NCBI GenBank assembly: GCA_965237415.1
Contig: CBDEFM010000002.1
Coordinates: forward strand, 64,001 to 128,000
DNA: 64,000 nt
Source of the DNA: Alphaproteobacteria bacterium
Lineage (GTDB): Bacteria; Pseudomonadota; Alphaproteobacteria; UBA828
Reading direction: 5' to 3'
The position numbers were made by a program, and so were the translations under genes. This document shows positions 50,429-60,806 of the stretch, in pieces (positions within the stretch are counted from its first letter, which is position 1; each line of letters starts with the position of its first letter). The notes under the pieces are model-generated. The model searched no databases, was not told the origin of the DNA, and saw only the letters and a program-made list of their open reading frames with translations.

Positions 50429-52207
50429 CTAGAACTCGTCCGCGCCGTGGGCCATGACGGTGCCCTTGCCGGCCATGATCTTGAGGAAGAGCCCGGCGGT
50501 GTCCGGCAGGATCTTCTGCACGTAGAAGCGCGCGGTCTTGAGCTTGGTGTCGTAGAAGGCGTCGCCGTTCTGCTTGTCGCGGGCGAGCTTCGCCATCTGG
50601 CACCACATGTAGCCCACCGCCACCAAGCCGAACATCTTGAGATAGTCGGACGCCGCCGCGCCGGCTTCCTCGGGATCGCCCAGGCCCCGCTGGGCGATGA
50701 CGAGCGTAGCGGTCTGCAGCTTGCCGAGCGCCTTGCCGACGGGGCCCACGATGTCGGCGAGCTCCGGGTCGTCCTTGTTGGCCTCGACGAAGGCGACGGC
50801 GGGGTGGAAGAAGTGCCGCAGATAGCGGCCGGCCCGCTGGGGCAGCTTGCGTCCCACCAGATCGAGAGCCTGGATGCCGTTCGCGCCCTCGTAGATCTGG
50901 CTGATCCGCGCATCGCGCACGAGCTGCTCCATGCCGTGCTCGCGGATGTAGCCGTGGCCGCCGTGGACCTGGACCGCGAGATTGGTGGCCTCGAAGCCGT
51001 AGTCGGTGAAGAAGGCCTTGATGATCGGCGTCATGAGCTGCACCAGCTCGTCGGCATCCTCGCGCACCGAGGCGTCCTCGTGGCTGCGCGAGATGTCGAG
51101 CTGCAACGCCGCCCAGTAGGCGAGCGCGCGGGCGCCCTCGTTGATGGCACGCTGGGTGAGCAGCATGCGGCGAACGTCGGGGTGCACGATGATCGGGTCG
51201 GCAGATGCCTCCGGCTCTTCGGCGCCCTTGAGCCCGCGTCCCTGGCGGCGGTCCTTCGCGTAAGCCGTCGCGCTCTGATAGGCGGTCTCGCCCAGGCCCA
51301 AGCCCTGGAGGCCGACGCCGAGGCGGGCGCCGTTCATCATCGTGAACATGCAGCGCAGCCCCTTGTGCGGCTCGCCGACCAGGTAGCCCTCAGCCTCCTC
51401 GAAGTGCATCACGCAGGTCGCCGACCCGTGGATGCCCATCTTCTCCTCGATGGAGCCGCAGGAGACGCCGTTAGCGGGCCCCGGGCTGCCATCGGCGGTG
51501 AGCGCGCGCTTCGGCACCAGAAAGAGGCTGATGCCGCGCACGCCGGGCGGTGCGTCCGGCAGCTTCGCCAGCACCAGATGGACGATGTTCTCGGTGAGGT
51601 CGTGCTCGCCGGCGGAAATGAAGATCTTGGTGCCGGAGACCGCGTAGCGGCCCTCGCCCGCCGGCACCGCCTTGGTGCGGATGAGCCCCAAGTCCGTGCC
51701 GCAATGGGGTTCGGTCAGGCACATGGTGCCGCTCCAGGTGCCGTCGGCAAGGCGGGGCAGATAGGTCTCCTTGAGCGTCTCCGTGGCATGGTTTTCGATC
51801 AGCGCCGCGGCCCCGTTCGAGAGCAGCGGGTAGACGCCGAAGGCGAGGTTGGTCGAGCAGACCATCTCGTCGAAGACCATGCTGATGAGCTGCGGCAGAC
51901 CCTTGCCACCATAGGCGGGCGACAGCGTGACCCCGGTCCAGCCGGCATCCACGAAGGTCTTGTAGGCCTCCTTGTAGCCGGCGGGTGTGCGCACCACGCC
52001 GTTCTCGTAGTGGCAGCCTTCCTCGTCCGCCGAGCGGTTGAGCGGCAGCAGCGTGTTCTCGCAGAGCTTGGCGCCTTCCTCGATCATGGCGTCGATCACG
52101 TCGGGCGTGGCGTCCTCGTAGCCGGGCAGCGTGGCGAGCTCACCCACATCGAGGAGCTCGTTGAGCACGAAGCGCATGTCGCGGAGCGGCGCGTTGTAGG
52201 TCTGCAT
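50429..52207 (-). CDS. Acyl-CoA dehydrogenase (long form with C-terminal extension)
   Basis: GTMCLTEPHCGTDLG, EEKMGIHGS, VHGGHGYIRE, QIYEGANGIQ. Confidence 0.93.
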   Translation of the reverse strand: MQTYNAPLRDMRFVLNELLDVGELATLPGYEDATPDVIDAMIEEGAKLCENTLLPLNRSADEEGCHYENGVVRTPAGYKEAYKTFVDAGWTGVTLSPAYGGKGLPQLISMVFDEMVCSTNLAFGVYPLLSNGAAALIENHATETLKETYLPRLADGTWSGTMCLTEPHCGTDLGLIRTKAVPAGEGRYAVSGTKIFISAGEHDLTENIVHLVLAKLPDAPPGVRGISLFLVPKRALTADGSPGPANGVSCGSIEEKMGIHGSATCVMHFEEAEGYLVGEPHKGLRCMFTMMNGARLGVGLQGLGLGETAYQSATAYAKDRRQGRGLKGAEEPEASADPIIVHPDVRRMLLTQRAINEGARALAYWAALQLDISRSHEDASVREDADELVQLMTPIIKAFFTDYGFEATNLAVQVHGGHGYIREHGMEQLVRDARISQIYEGANGIQALDLVGRKLPQRAGRYLRHFFHPAVAFVEANKDDPELADIVGPVGKALGKLQTATLVIAQRGLGDPEEAGAAASDYLKMFGLVAVGYMWCQMAKLARDKQNGDAFYDTKLKTARFYVQKILPDTAGLFLKIMAGKGTVMAHGADEF

Positions 52208-52240
52208 GATCGTTACTCCCAGTTTCTCGAGGCGCCGCGC

Positions 52241-53509
52241 TCAGCTGCCGAGCGTCAGGTCGACCGTGCGCCCCATCACCGTGCGGCTCGCCGGTGTGGT
52301 CGCGGCGACCAGTTTGCCCCGCTTGAAGACATGAGTGCACGCCGGGTTGATCCGCAGCACGTCCGCCTTGCTGGAGGCGTCGAACACCGCCAGGTCCGCG
52401 CGGCAGCCGGGGGCCACGCCATAGTCCTCCAGCGCGAGTATCTCGGCGTTTTTCCAGGTGACCATGTCGAAGCAGGCGTCGATCTCCGCCGTGCCGGACA
52501 TCTGGCAGACGTGGAGCGTGAGCGACGCCGCCTGCACCATGTCGCCGCGCCCCAGCGGATACCAGGGGTCCATGATCGAATCGTGGCCGATGCCGACGGT
52601 GATACCGGCCTGCCACAGCTCCTTGACGCGGGTCATCGAGCGGCGCTTAGGGTAGGTGTCCTCCCGCGCCAGCAGGATCAGATTGTCGAAGGGGTTGGCG
52701 ATGACGTTGAGCCCGCCCTGTTGCAGCCAGCCGAAGAGGCGGAAGGCGTAAGCGTTGGCGTAGGAGTGCATGGCCGCGCAGTGGCTCGCCGTCACCCGGC
52801 CCTGCATGCCGCGGTAGTAGGTCTCATGCGCCATCACCTCGGTGAAGCGCGAGTTTGGGTCGTCGACCTCGTCGCAGTGGGCGTCGATCAGGAGGCCGCG
52901 CTTCTCCGCCTCGTCGAAGATCAGCTTGAGGCTGGCGACGCCCGCCTCCCGCGTCGCCTCGTTGTGCGGGATGCCGCCGATCACGTCGGGCCCCATGTCG
53001 AGGGCACGGAGGAAGAGCTCCGGGCCGCCGGGGTGGGAGTGGATGCCGTCCTGGGGAAAGGCGACGATCTGCAGGTCGACCCGGTCGCTCACCTCGTCCT
53101 TGACCTCCAGCAGGGCCTGCATCGAGAGCTGTTCCTCGTCCGAGGTATCGGCATGGGTGCGGATGAAGCCCGCGCCCTGGGCGACCTCCCAATCGATGGC
53201 CTGCTTGGCCCGGGCCTTCACCGATTCGAGAGCGCGGATCTTCTTCTGCCGGCCCCAGACCGCGATGCCCTCGTGCAGCGTGCCGCTGACGTTGGGCTCC
53301 AGGTTCGCAGTGAGCGCCGCGTCGAGATGGACGTGCGGGTCGATCAGCGGGCCCGAGACGAGCCGGCCCGCGCAATCGATCGTCTCACCGGCCTCGGCCG
53401 TGATCCCCGGCTCGACGGCCACGATGCGCTCGCCCTCGATGGCGATGTCGGCCGCGCGCACGGGCTGATCCTCGTGCGCCACCAGCGCATTCTTCAAAAT
53501 GATGTCCAT
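52241..53509 (-). CDS. codA: Cytosine (possibly creatinine) deaminase
   Basis: DPHVHLD, IVAFPQDG, GGIPH, HCDEVDD, TASHC, GHDSIMDPWYPLG. Confidence 0.88.
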   Translation of the reverse strand: MDIILKNALVAHEDQPVRAADIAIEGERIVAVEPGITAEAGETIDCAGRLVSGPLIDPHVHLDAALTANLEPNVSGTLHEGIAVWGRQKKIRALESVKARAKQAIDWEVAQGAGFIRTHADTSDEEQLSMQALLEVKDEVSDRVDLQIVAFPQDGIHSHPGGPELFLRALDMGPDVIGGIPHNEATREAGVASLKLIFDEAEKRGLLIDAHCDEVDDPNSRFTEVMAHETYYRGMQGRVTASHCAAMHSYANAYAFRLFGWLQQGGLNVIANPFDNLILLAREDTYPKRRSMTRVKELWQAGITVGIGHDSIMDPWYPLGRGDMVQAASLTLHVCQMSGTAEIDACFDMVTWKNAEILALEDYGVAPGCRADLAVFDASSKADVLRINPACTHVFKRGKLVAATTPASRTVMGRTVDLTLGS

Positions 53510-53665
53510 ACCCGCCTGTCTCCCCCTGCGGACGCGAGGCCCGCGTCATCTCGCATTCGCCCGCATTTTCGCCGAATGCGCGCGCAACCGCCAGCCGGGC
53601 GCGCGTCGCGAAGTTATCCGCTATTCTGGATGGCCACACACTCTAAGTGACGGGGAAGCGGGCGG

Positions 53666-53890
53666 ATGCAACTTGCCAAGATCGGGGCACGCGGCCGGAC
53701 GACGATCCCCAAGACCATTCGAGAGGCGGCGGACTTGCGCGAAGGCGACGCGATCGCCTTCGAGATCGAGGGCGGCCGCCTGCTGGTGCACAAGGTGCTT
53801 CCGGGGCGGCACGAGTACCTGCATGGACTCTGCGCGGCGATGGGCGAATGGCTCTCCCCCGAGGACGATGAAGCGTGGCACGACCTTTGA
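53666..53890 (+). CDS. AbrB/MazE-type antitoxin
   Basis: KIGARGRTTIPKTIREA.DL.EGD...EWLSPEDDEAWHDL. Confidence 0.85.
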   Translation: MQLAKIGARGRTTIPKTIREAADLREGDAIAFEIEGGRLLVHKVLPGRHEYLHGLCAAMGEWLSPEDDEAWHDL

Positions 53891-54000
53891 GCAGCTCGAT
53901 GTCGTGGTCGGCCCTTGCCCTTTCACCGACCGACAGGCAGCTAAGTGCAGGCCGACTCTGATCGTCTCATCCGCGCATTTCCACGAGGCTCATGGCCCAA
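53868..54000 (+). pseudogene. Truncated PemK/MazF-type toxin
   Basis: TFEQLDVVVGPCPFTD...KCRPTLIVSS; similarity ends where the low-GC block starts. Confidence 0.7.
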
Positions 54001-54023
54001 ACTGTCACACCGATTACGCAGCC

Positions 54024-54692
54024 TTAGGACTGTTTTCTCAGAACAATATCGCCCAAAACTCCATGCTCTGCCATATAAGCGATAGCTACGTTTGAGAATT
54101 TAATCTCCGCCTTATGGCGACGATGTAGTTCGAAGGTAGATGTGCCGAGCACTGGTGCTCTGTTGACGAATACTCCGCCAATGGAGAACTTGATAGTGTT
54201 TCTAAAATCGTTGTTCAGTACAATGATGATAGCAGAGTCAGAAAGGCTGACACTTCGATGGAATTTGTCTTCCATTCTTTCCGTCAGAGTTCTGTATTTA
54301 TTCACATTCATGGACATAGTCGCGCGTATATCGTCGTCTTGGGGAGCTACTAAAACTCCAAACAGAGAATTAGCATTTTCCCACGCCTCAGGAGATGCAA
54401 CTATAGGTATTTGAGTATCTGCTAGCAAGTACGATTCCATTCCGTCTTTTTTACATCCCTTAGGCGAGAAGTCACCAACAATGCCTGTCATGATTTCCGC
54501 AATATCGGAAGTATATTCATCGCATTTGTCGGTACTGGGAACTTGAAAGGCCATCGTCGCAGGGGTGCTGAGTCCCTCAGTTCCTGCCACTGCATCCCAG
54601 AGATCGGTTGAGTATACATCTGTCGTTAGGTTCATCTTGCAGGCAGTTACAAGACCAACTAATACAAGTGCAGCAAGAGCAGCGCGTTTCAT
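54024..54692 (-). CDS. Hypothetical lipoprotein
   Basis: MKRAALAALVLVGLVTAC lipobox; low GC. Confidence 0.7.
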   Translation of the reverse strand: MKRAALAALVLVGLVTACKMNLTTDVYSTDLWDAVAGTEGLSTPATMAFQVPSTDKCDEYTSDIAEIMTGIVGDFSPKGCKKDGMESYLLADTQIPIVASPEAWENANSLFGVLVAPQDDDIRATMSMNVNKYRTLTERMEDKFHRSVSLSDSAIIIVLNNDFRNTIKFSIGGVFVNRAPVLGTSTFELHRRHKAEIKFSNVAIAYMAEHGVLGDIVLRKQS

Positions 54693-54746
54693 TGGATTAC
54701 ATTCCCTCTATTATTTCAGGCTTCGGTTGCCGCTGGACCGCTTCAA

Positions 54747-54953
54747 TCACTCAAGAAAACTCTTCTGCTTGACGTCGTCCTCACGCTTCGCCAGCGTGTT
54801 TAGTTTGCCGGCTACGACCGCAAAGCCAAATGAGCTCGTTCCGATGAGTAAGAATACCGATGCTACGAGTTCCTGAAGGATGGCCCCGGCCACAAGGCCG
54901 ATGACGCCGACTAGTATTGCGGCAGCAGAACCCGCATAGAGAATCCATTTCAT
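54747..54953 (-). CDS. Small two-TM hypothetical protein
   Basis: Two hydrophobic segments; in tandem with neighbouring ORFs. Confidence 0.5.
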   Translation of the reverse strand: MKWILYAGSAAAILVGVIGLVAGAILQELVASVFLLIGTSSFGFAVVAGKLNTLAKREDDVKQKSFLE

Positions 54954-54968
54954 GCCTATTTCCTGGAT

Positions 54969-55328
54969 CTACTTCCGGACAATGTACTCGATTACTAGGT
55001 TCTCAGGTCGGACGTGGATGGACTTGATCTTCGCCGTAAAGATGAAGTCTCTAATGCGCGCACTATCGGAGCCGATGAACTGTCGTGTGTTTGCCGGTCC
55101 TGTATAAGCAAAGATCGACACCTTTCCGCGTTCGCAGGTAGTCCGCCCTTCGACATATAGCTTAACTTGATCAGCTTCGTGCCAGTACCGCCAGTCCTCG
55201 ATCTTGCATAAATCGGTAGTGTCGCCTTGGCCAAGCGCGGGGTCACCGCCCATCAGTACAAGCGCTATTCCTATGGCGATTACTCGTACGCTCGGAGATT
55301 GCACAAACCAGTACACAAATCGTTGCAT
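54969..55328 (-). CDS. Hypothetical secreted protein
   Basis: Signal-like N-terminus, two Cys, low GC. Confidence 0.55.
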   Translation of the reverse strand: MQRFVYWFVQSPSVRVIAIGIALVLMGGDPALGQGDTTDLCKIEDWRYWHEADQVKLYVEGRTTCERGKVSIFAYTGPANTRQFIGSDSARIRDFIFTAKIKSIHVRPENLVIEYIVRK

Positions 55329-55377
55329 CGTTTCGCTTTCATCCCCTTGCTAGATGGAGACCGTCGAGGGTCTTGAT

Positions 55378-55530
55378 CGCTACGACGATGGCAGAGCAGC
55401 CTCCCCTCCATGTGCAGGCTCTCGTCGTTCATGATCGCATGGGAGGCGTGGCTGTGTCTCAAGTCGTGGAGTCGCGCATCCGCCACGATGCCTGCGTCGT
55501 CGCGCAGGCCGCACGAGAACCAGAACAGCG
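55378..55530 (-). pseudogene. Tyrosine integrase C-terminal remnant
   Basis: DARLHDLRHSHASHA...GRLLCH (HxLRH box, degenerate LLGH). Confidence 0.75.
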
Positions 55531-55539
55531 CTCCTGCGC

Positions 55540-56337
55540 TCAGCCGTCCGTTTGGGCCAGCGCCTCTTGCAGCGTCCGGTGGAGGTGGCCGTTGGTGACC
55601 AGCACGTCGCCGCTCGACATGAAGTCCGCCCCGCCTGTGACGCCGGTCACGATGCCGCCGGATTCGCGCACGATTGCGACGCCGGCCGCGAGGTCCCACG
55701 GCGCGAGCGCGTAGCCCCAGAAGCCGTCGAGGCGCCCGGCGGCGACATAGGCGAGGTCGAGCGCGGCCGAGCCCGTGCGGCGCACCCCCGAGGTCTCGCC
55801 CGAGAGCCGGTGAACGATGGCGCCGTGGTTGGGGCAGCGCGGCCGTGCAATGAAGGGGAATGCAGTCGCGAGCAGCGCGGTCGGCAGCGTGCGCCGGGCC
55901 GAGACCCGCAGCCGCTGGTTGTTCAGGAAGGCGCTAGTGCCGTTCTCCGCCCAGAAGAGCTCGTCGCGGATCGGGTCGTAGATCACGCCGGCATGCGGCT
56001 TGCCGTCGCGTTCGAGCCCGATGGAGATGCAGAAATGGGGCAGCCCGTGCAGGAAGTTGGTGGTGCCGTCCAGCGGATCGACGACCCAGCGGTTGGAGGT
56101 GTCCTCGCCCTCGATCGCGCCGCCCTCCTCGAGCAGGAAGCCGAACTTCGGGCGCGCGCGGCGGAGCTCCGCGACGATGGTCTCCTCCGCCCGATGGTCT
56201 GCGGCCGAGACGAAGTCGGCCGGCCCCTTGCGCGAGACCTGCAGGTTCTCGACCTCGCCGAAATCGCGGATCAGGTCGCGCGCCGCCTTGTAGGCGGCGT
56301 TCACCATGACCGTTACGAGCGGCGAGCGGCGGGACAT
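55540..56337 (-). CDS. suhB: Inositol monophosphatase family protein
   Basis: RDFGEVENLQVSRKGPADFVS, WVVDPLDGTTNF, GSAALDL, WDLAAG. Confidence 0.92.
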   Translation of the reverse strand: MSRRSPLVTVMVNAAYKAARDLIRDFGEVENLQVSRKGPADFVSAADHRAEETIVAELRRARPKFGFLLEEGGAIEGEDTSNRWVVDPLDGTTNFLHGLPHFCISIGLERDGKPHAGVIYDPIRDELFWAENGTSAFLNNQRLRVSARRTLPTALLATAFPFIARPRCPNHGAIVHRLSGETSGVRRTGSAALDLAYVAAGRLDGFWGYALAPWDLAAGVAIVRESGGIVTGVTGGADFMSSGDVLVTNGHLHRTLQEALAQTDG

Positions 56338-56403
56338 CGGCGTGTGGCAGTCGTTGTGCGACAGGGGGCGGGAGGGCGGTTGCCCCACCCGCGAGCGGGT
56401 CCC

Positions 56404-56970
56404 TCAGTCGCGGGCACGCTCGACATAGGTCGAATCGGCGGTGCTGATCACCACCCGCTCGCCCTCGGAGATATGCGGCGGCACCATCAGGCGCACGCCA
56501 TTGTCGAGTAGCGCCGGCTTGTAGGAGGCCGCGGCCGTCTGGCCCCTCACCACCGGCTCGGTCTCGGTCACGGTCTGCACAGCCGTATCGGGCAGGCTCA
56601 CGCCGAGGGGCTCACCCTCGTGCGATTCGATGGTGACGATCATTCCTTCATGGAGGAAGACGATTCCCTCGCCGATCAGATCGCGCGAGAGGCTGGTCTG
56701 CTCGTAGGTGTCCTGATCCATGAAGTGGAGCAGCCCGCCGTCTTCGTAGAGGTACTGGAACTGCTTCTGGTCGAGGCGGGCGCGCTCGACGTTCTCGGAC
56801 GCCCTGAAGCGCTCGTTCAGCTTGGTCCCGTTGCGCAGATCCTTGAGCTCGACCTGGAGGTAGGCGCCGCCCTTGCCGGGCTGGGTGTGCTGAATTTTCA
56901 CCGCCACCCAGAGGCGATCCTGATGCTCGATCACCATGCCGGGGCGGATGGCGTTGCCGTTGATCTTCAT
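56404..56970 (-). CDS. efp: Elongation factor P
   Basis: [24 protein letters not shown]. Confidence 0.97.
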   Translation of the reverse strand: MKINGNAIRPGMVIEHQDRLWVAVKIQHTQPGKGGAYLQVELKDLRNGTKLNERFRASENVERARLDQKQFQYLYEDGGLLHFMDQDTYEQTSLSRDLIGEGIVFLHEGMIVTIESHEGEPLGVSLPDTAVQTVTETEPVVRGQTAAASYKPALLDNGVRLMVPPHISEGERVVISTADSTYVERARD

Positions 56971-57004
56971 GGGTTCTGCTACCGGAAAGAGGCTGCAGGC
57001 TATA

Positions 57005-57643
57005 TCAACTCGCCTCCGCGCTGGCAATGGCACGGTTGATCGCCTTGACGCCCGCCTCCGGCCCCTCCGGGTGCGCCCACACGCCGCCGACCACGGCGAG
57101 AAAATCCGCGCCGGCTTCCACCAGTGGTGCGCAGTTCTCGGCCGTGATGCCGCCGATGGCGACGCAGGGCACCACCATCAGGGTATGCCACCACTTGAGC
57201 AGGTGGACGTCCGCCTTTGCGCGCGGCGTCTTGGTTTCGGTGGGGAAGAAGGCGCCGAAGGCCACATAGTCTGCGCCCGATGCCGCCGCCTCCACGGCCC
57301 GGTGGCGTGAATCGTAGCAGCTCACGCCCACCGTCCCGTTCGCGCCAACCCGTTCGCGCGCCTGCGCGTAATCCGCGTCGTCGGCTCCCACGTGGACGCC
57401 ATCGGCGCCCAACTCCGCCGCGAGGTCGGGCCGGTCGTTGATGAGCAGCGGCACATCGCGCGCCTGGCAGATCGGCAGCAGCCACTCGCCTGCGCGGCGC
57501 ACGTCATCGTCGTCCGCGCCCTTCAGCCGGAGCTGAAGGCAGGCGACATCGCCTGCGTCGAGCGCGGCCTCCAACTTGGGCGCGAACCGGTCCAGCGCGA
57601 ACTCCGGCGGTGTGATCAGGTACAGCCGGCACGGGTCTCTCAT
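57005..57643 (-). CDS. thiE: Thiamine-phosphate synthase
   Basis: [34 protein letters not shown]. Confidence 0.92.
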   Translation of the reverse strand: MRDPCRLYLITPPEFALDRFAPKLEAALDAGDVACLQLRLKGADDDDVRRAGEWLLPICQARDVPLLINDRPDLAAELGADGVHVGADDADYAQARERVGANGTVGVSCYDSRHRAVEAAASGADYVAFGAFFPTETKTPRAKADVHLLKWWHTLMVVPCVAIGGITAENCAPLVEAGADFLAVVGGVWAHPEGPEAGVKAINRAIASAEAS

Positions 57644-57708
57644 AAGGTATGGTCCTCTAGCCACACGGCGGTCTGGCGCGCTGCCGACATACGCGCAATC
57701 GGGTGCAT

Positions 57709-58920
57709 TCAGATGACGCCCTTCTCGCGCAGGGCGTCGCGCTCGTCCGCCGAGAGGTCGAGCAGGGTGCCATACACCTCGTCGTTGTGGGCGCCGAGCC
57801 TGGGGCCGAGGCTTTCGATCCGCCCCGGCGTCTCGGAGAGGGCGGGGAGCACGTTCGGCACGTGGACGTGCTCGCCAGTCTCGGGTTCGATCACATCCTT
57901 CAGGGTGCCGCGCGCCTGATACTGCGGGTCCTCGAAAATGTCGGCGATGGAGTAGACGGGTGCCGTCGGCACGCCGCCCGCATTGCAGGTCTCCACCACC
58001 CGGTCGCGCGGCAGCGAAAGCGTGAAGGCCGTGACCATGGCCTCGACATCGTCGCGGTTCTCCACACGCCGGGCGCTGGTGGCGTAGTGCTCATCCTCGC
58101 CCAGCTCTTCGCGGCCGAGCACCGCGGCCATGCGGCGCCACATCTTGTCGCTGGTGCACGCAATCGCGACCCAGCCGCCGTCGCCGCACTCAAAATGGCC
58201 GTGAGGGCAGACGTTACTGGTCATCAGCCCGAGCCGCGGGCGGACGAACCCGGTGGCGGCATAGAGCGGCGCCATCTCGTCCAGCACGCGGAAGATCGAT
58301 TCGTAGAGCGCGATGTCGATCACCTGCCCGCCCGTGTCCTCGCGGCTGCGGAGCGCGAGCAGCGCGCCGACGGCGCCATAGAGGCCGGAGATGTAGTCGG
58401 CAAGCGAGGTGGAGCCTGGCGTCAGCGGCGGCCCGCCGGGGACGCCGGTGAGATGAGTGAGGCCGCCGAAGGCGTGCGCAATGCGGGCGAAGCCGGGGCG
58501 GTCCTTGTAGGGGCCGGTCTGGCCGTAGCCGGAGATGCGCACCAGCACCAGGCCGGGGTTCACGCGCTTCAGCTCATCCGGCCCCAGGCCCCACTTCTCC
58601 ATGGTGCCGGGCCGAAAGTTCTCGCAGAGGATGTCGGCTTCGGCGACGAGGCGCTTGAAGAGCGCCGCGCCCTCGGGCTGGCGGAGGTCGAGGGTGACGG
58701 ACTTCTTGTTGCGCTGCTCCGAGAGCCAAGTATAGCCGTCGCCGCGCTTGCTGGGCGTCCCGAATTTGCGCAGGGGATCGCCCGTCCGCGGCTGCTCGAC
58801 CTTGATGACCTCGGCGCCGAACTCGCTGAGGATGGCGGCCGTGAACGGCCCGGCAATGAAGGTCGCAAGGTCGATGACGCGGACGCCGTGGAGCGGCAGC
58901 TTCTCAGGCTTCTCGGGCAT
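57709..58920 (-). CDS. CaiB/BaiF class III CoA-transferase
   Basis: [37 protein letters not shown]. Confidence 0.93.
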   Translation of the reverse strand: MPEKPEKLPLHGVRVIDLATFIAGPFTAAILSEFGAEVIKVEQPRTGDPLRKFGTPSKRGDGYTWLSEQRNKKSVTLDLRQPEGAALFKRLVAEADILCENFRPGTMEKWGLGPDELKRVNPGLVLVRISGYGQTGPYKDRPGFARIAHAFGGLTHLTGVPGGPPLTPGSTSLADYISGLYGAVGALLALRSREDTGGQVIDIALYESIFRVLDEMAPLYAATGFVRPRLGLMTSNVCPHGHFECGDGGWVAIACTSDKMWRRMAAVLGREELGEDEHYATSARRVENRDDVEAMVTAFTLSLPRDRVVETCNAGGVPTAPVYSIADIFEDPQYQARGTLKDVIEPETGEHVHVPNVLPALSETPGRIESLGPRLGAHNDEVYGTLLDLSADERDALREKGVI

Positions 58921-58997
58921 AGCGGCTGAAAGCGGCGTTCAGGCCGGCATGTCAATCGCCGCCGCCGCGGCCGCCGCGCGATACGCCGGGCGGGATA

Positions 58998-59723
58998 TCA
59001 GAACTGCTCCTTGTGGGTGCGCAGATCGAGCTCCTGGGTCCAGGCGTTGCGCGGCTGGCGGTAGAGGAAGCGATAGGACTCCGCGAGCCCGTCGAGGCCG
59101 ATCAGCCCGCCCTCGCCCATCCGTTCGGCGAACTGCGGCGCGCGGGTCTTGAGCCTCTCGCCGTCGATGCCGCCGTCGACCACGACATGGGCCACGTGAA
59201 TGCCCTCGGGGCCGAATTCGCGCGCGAGGCTTTGGCCCAGCGCGCGGAGCCCGGCCTTGGCGGAGGTGAAGGCGGCGAAGTTGGGCTTGCCGCGCATCGA
59301 GGCGCTCGCGCCGGTGAGCAGCAGCGTACCCTCGCCCCGCGGCACCATGCGGCGCAGCGCCTCGCGGCTGAACAGGAAGCCGCCGAAGCAGCCGATCCGC
59401 CAGCAGGTCTCGAAATACGCGGCCTCCATTTCGAGCGGGCTGCCCGGCATGTTGTTGCCGGCGTTGAAGATGGCGAGGTCGATCGGCCCATGGCTCTCCG
59501 CCGCTTCGACGAAGGCGGCGACCGAGGCTTCGTCGGTGGTGTCGGCGACGACGGCCGTGGCGTTTCCTCCTGCCGCGCGGATCGCATCGGCAACCGCCTC
59601 GACCTTGGCCTCGGTGCGGCCGCCGACGAAGACGTGGAGGCCTTCGCTCGCCGCCATGCGGCACACCGCCGCCCCAAGCCCTTCGCCTGCGCCCACGCCG
59701 ATTACGATCGCCGTCTTGCTCAT
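58998..59723 (-). CDS. SDR family oxidoreductase
   Basis: GVGAGEGLG, FNAG, TGASASMRG, F..AK, HVVVDG. Confidence 0.9.
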   Translation of the reverse strand: MSKTAIVIGVGAGEGLGAAVCRMAASEGLHVFVGGRTEAKVEAVADAIRAAGGNATAVVADTTDEASVAAFVEAAESHGPIDLAIFNAGNNMPGSPLEMEAAYFETCWRIGCFGGFLFSREALRRMVPRGEGTLLLTGASASMRGKPNFAAFTSAKAGLRALGQSLAREFGPEGIHVAHVVVDGGIDGERLKTRAPQFAERMGEGGLIGLDGLAESYRFLYRQPRNAWTQELDLRTHKEQF

Positions 59724-59893
59724 TTTGTCCCCCGTGTGGTCTCAAACCCGGCGCCCCGCCGCGCGGCGGGAGAGTACAGCTTTCTGCCGGCGGGGCGGAA
59801 CAGGATTCGCAAGTCTGGTGCCCGCAGATGCGAGTGAGAGGGCGGGCTTCGGATCACTGGGCCGACGCCGCCAAGTCGTTGGCCCCCTGAGTG

Positions 59894-60295
59894 TTAGCGA
59901 ATCAGGGTAACGCCCTCGGCCGCCGCGGCGTTCGCCAACTCCCGGTCCAAAGTCGCCAAACTGTCGCCGCGGCGAAGCGCAGTCTCCAGATATGCGGCAT
60001 CATAGGCACTCAGCCCATGTTTACGGGCGAGAGCCATGATCGTGTCCTCGTCATGAGCATCGTCCCGTAGCAGGCGTAAATCCCGCAAGCGCGTCATGAA
60101 TCGTGCACTGTCCGCTTGATCGATGCGACCGCGGCGCTCGTTCACGACCAGCACGTTGCGTATTTCGTATCGAAAAATGCCTGGAACCACGCCGCCAAGC
60201 CGCGGCAACTCGTCGAGTGCCCGCTCGGCGGCATCGGCCTGCTCATCGGGGAAGCACCAGGCAGCGGCGATTGACACATCCACGACGATGGCCAT
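59894..60295 (-). CDS. vapC: VapC PIN-domain toxin
   Basis: VVDVS, YEIRNVL, LSAYDAAYL, LATLD. Confidence 0.9.
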   Translation of the reverse strand: MAIVVDVSIAAAWCFPDEQADAAERALDELPRLGGVVPGIFRYEIRNVLVVNERRGRIDQADSARFMTRLRDLRLLRDDAHDEDTIMALARKHGLSAYDAAYLETALRRGDSLATLDRELANAAAAEGVTLIR

Positions 60296-60528
60296 CAGGC
60301 ACGGCCCTGCTCCTTGGCAGCCCGAATGTCCGCGGCGGGGACCCCCGACCGTTTGGCCCGTTCTTGCCGCATAAGCGCGATGGTCTCGCCGACGGGCCGT
60401 TCCAAGGGCACGATGCGGGCCGCAGGCACGCCGTCGCGCGCGATGATCACGTCTTCGCCGGCCTCTGCACGCGCGATTAGTTGGGACAACCGCGCCTTGG
60501 CCTCTCCGACATTGACTGTCTGCGCCAT
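60295..60528 (-). CDS. Phd/YefM antitoxin
   Basis: VNVGEAKARLSQLI...GEDVIIARDG.P.ARIVP; TGATG overlap with the toxin gene. Confidence 0.9.
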   Translation of the reverse strand: MAQTVNVGEAKARLSQLIARAEAGEDVIIARDGVPAARIVPLERPVGETIALMRQERAKRSGVPAADIRAAKEQGRA

Positions 60529-60588
60529 GGTATTCCCTGCACGCTGGTTCCATCGACTAAGAACATCAACGCATAGCGGCAGCCTCAT

Positions 60589-60612
60589 GCTTGGTCAAGG
60601 CTCGGACCAAGC
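60589..60612. promoter_or_regulatory. Inverted repeat, candidate TA autoregulatory operator
   Basis: GCTTGGTC-AAGGCTCG-GACCAAGC about 60 bp upstream of the antitoxin. Confidence 0.5.
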
Positions 60613-60806
60613 AATTTCGTACAGGTTCGTACAGGAGCGTGAACCAAGCCGACTCTAGGCCGGTCCGCGTACATTGGATAGCGGACTGCGGGGCAGCACC
60701 CGGCCTTGTCCCGTTCGCCGGGCGTCGCCATGATGGCGCGCGCCGGGGCCGCCGGCCGGCGGGGGAGCCACCTTCGCTGCCGTCTTGAAGCACGGAAAAG
60801 GGAGCC

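Noticed and set aside
50447-53650. 1067-aa plus-strand ORF and similar long ORFs (e.g. 12586-14580, 6821-8287)
   Set aside because: These are antisense shadows of well-supported genes in high-GC DNA.
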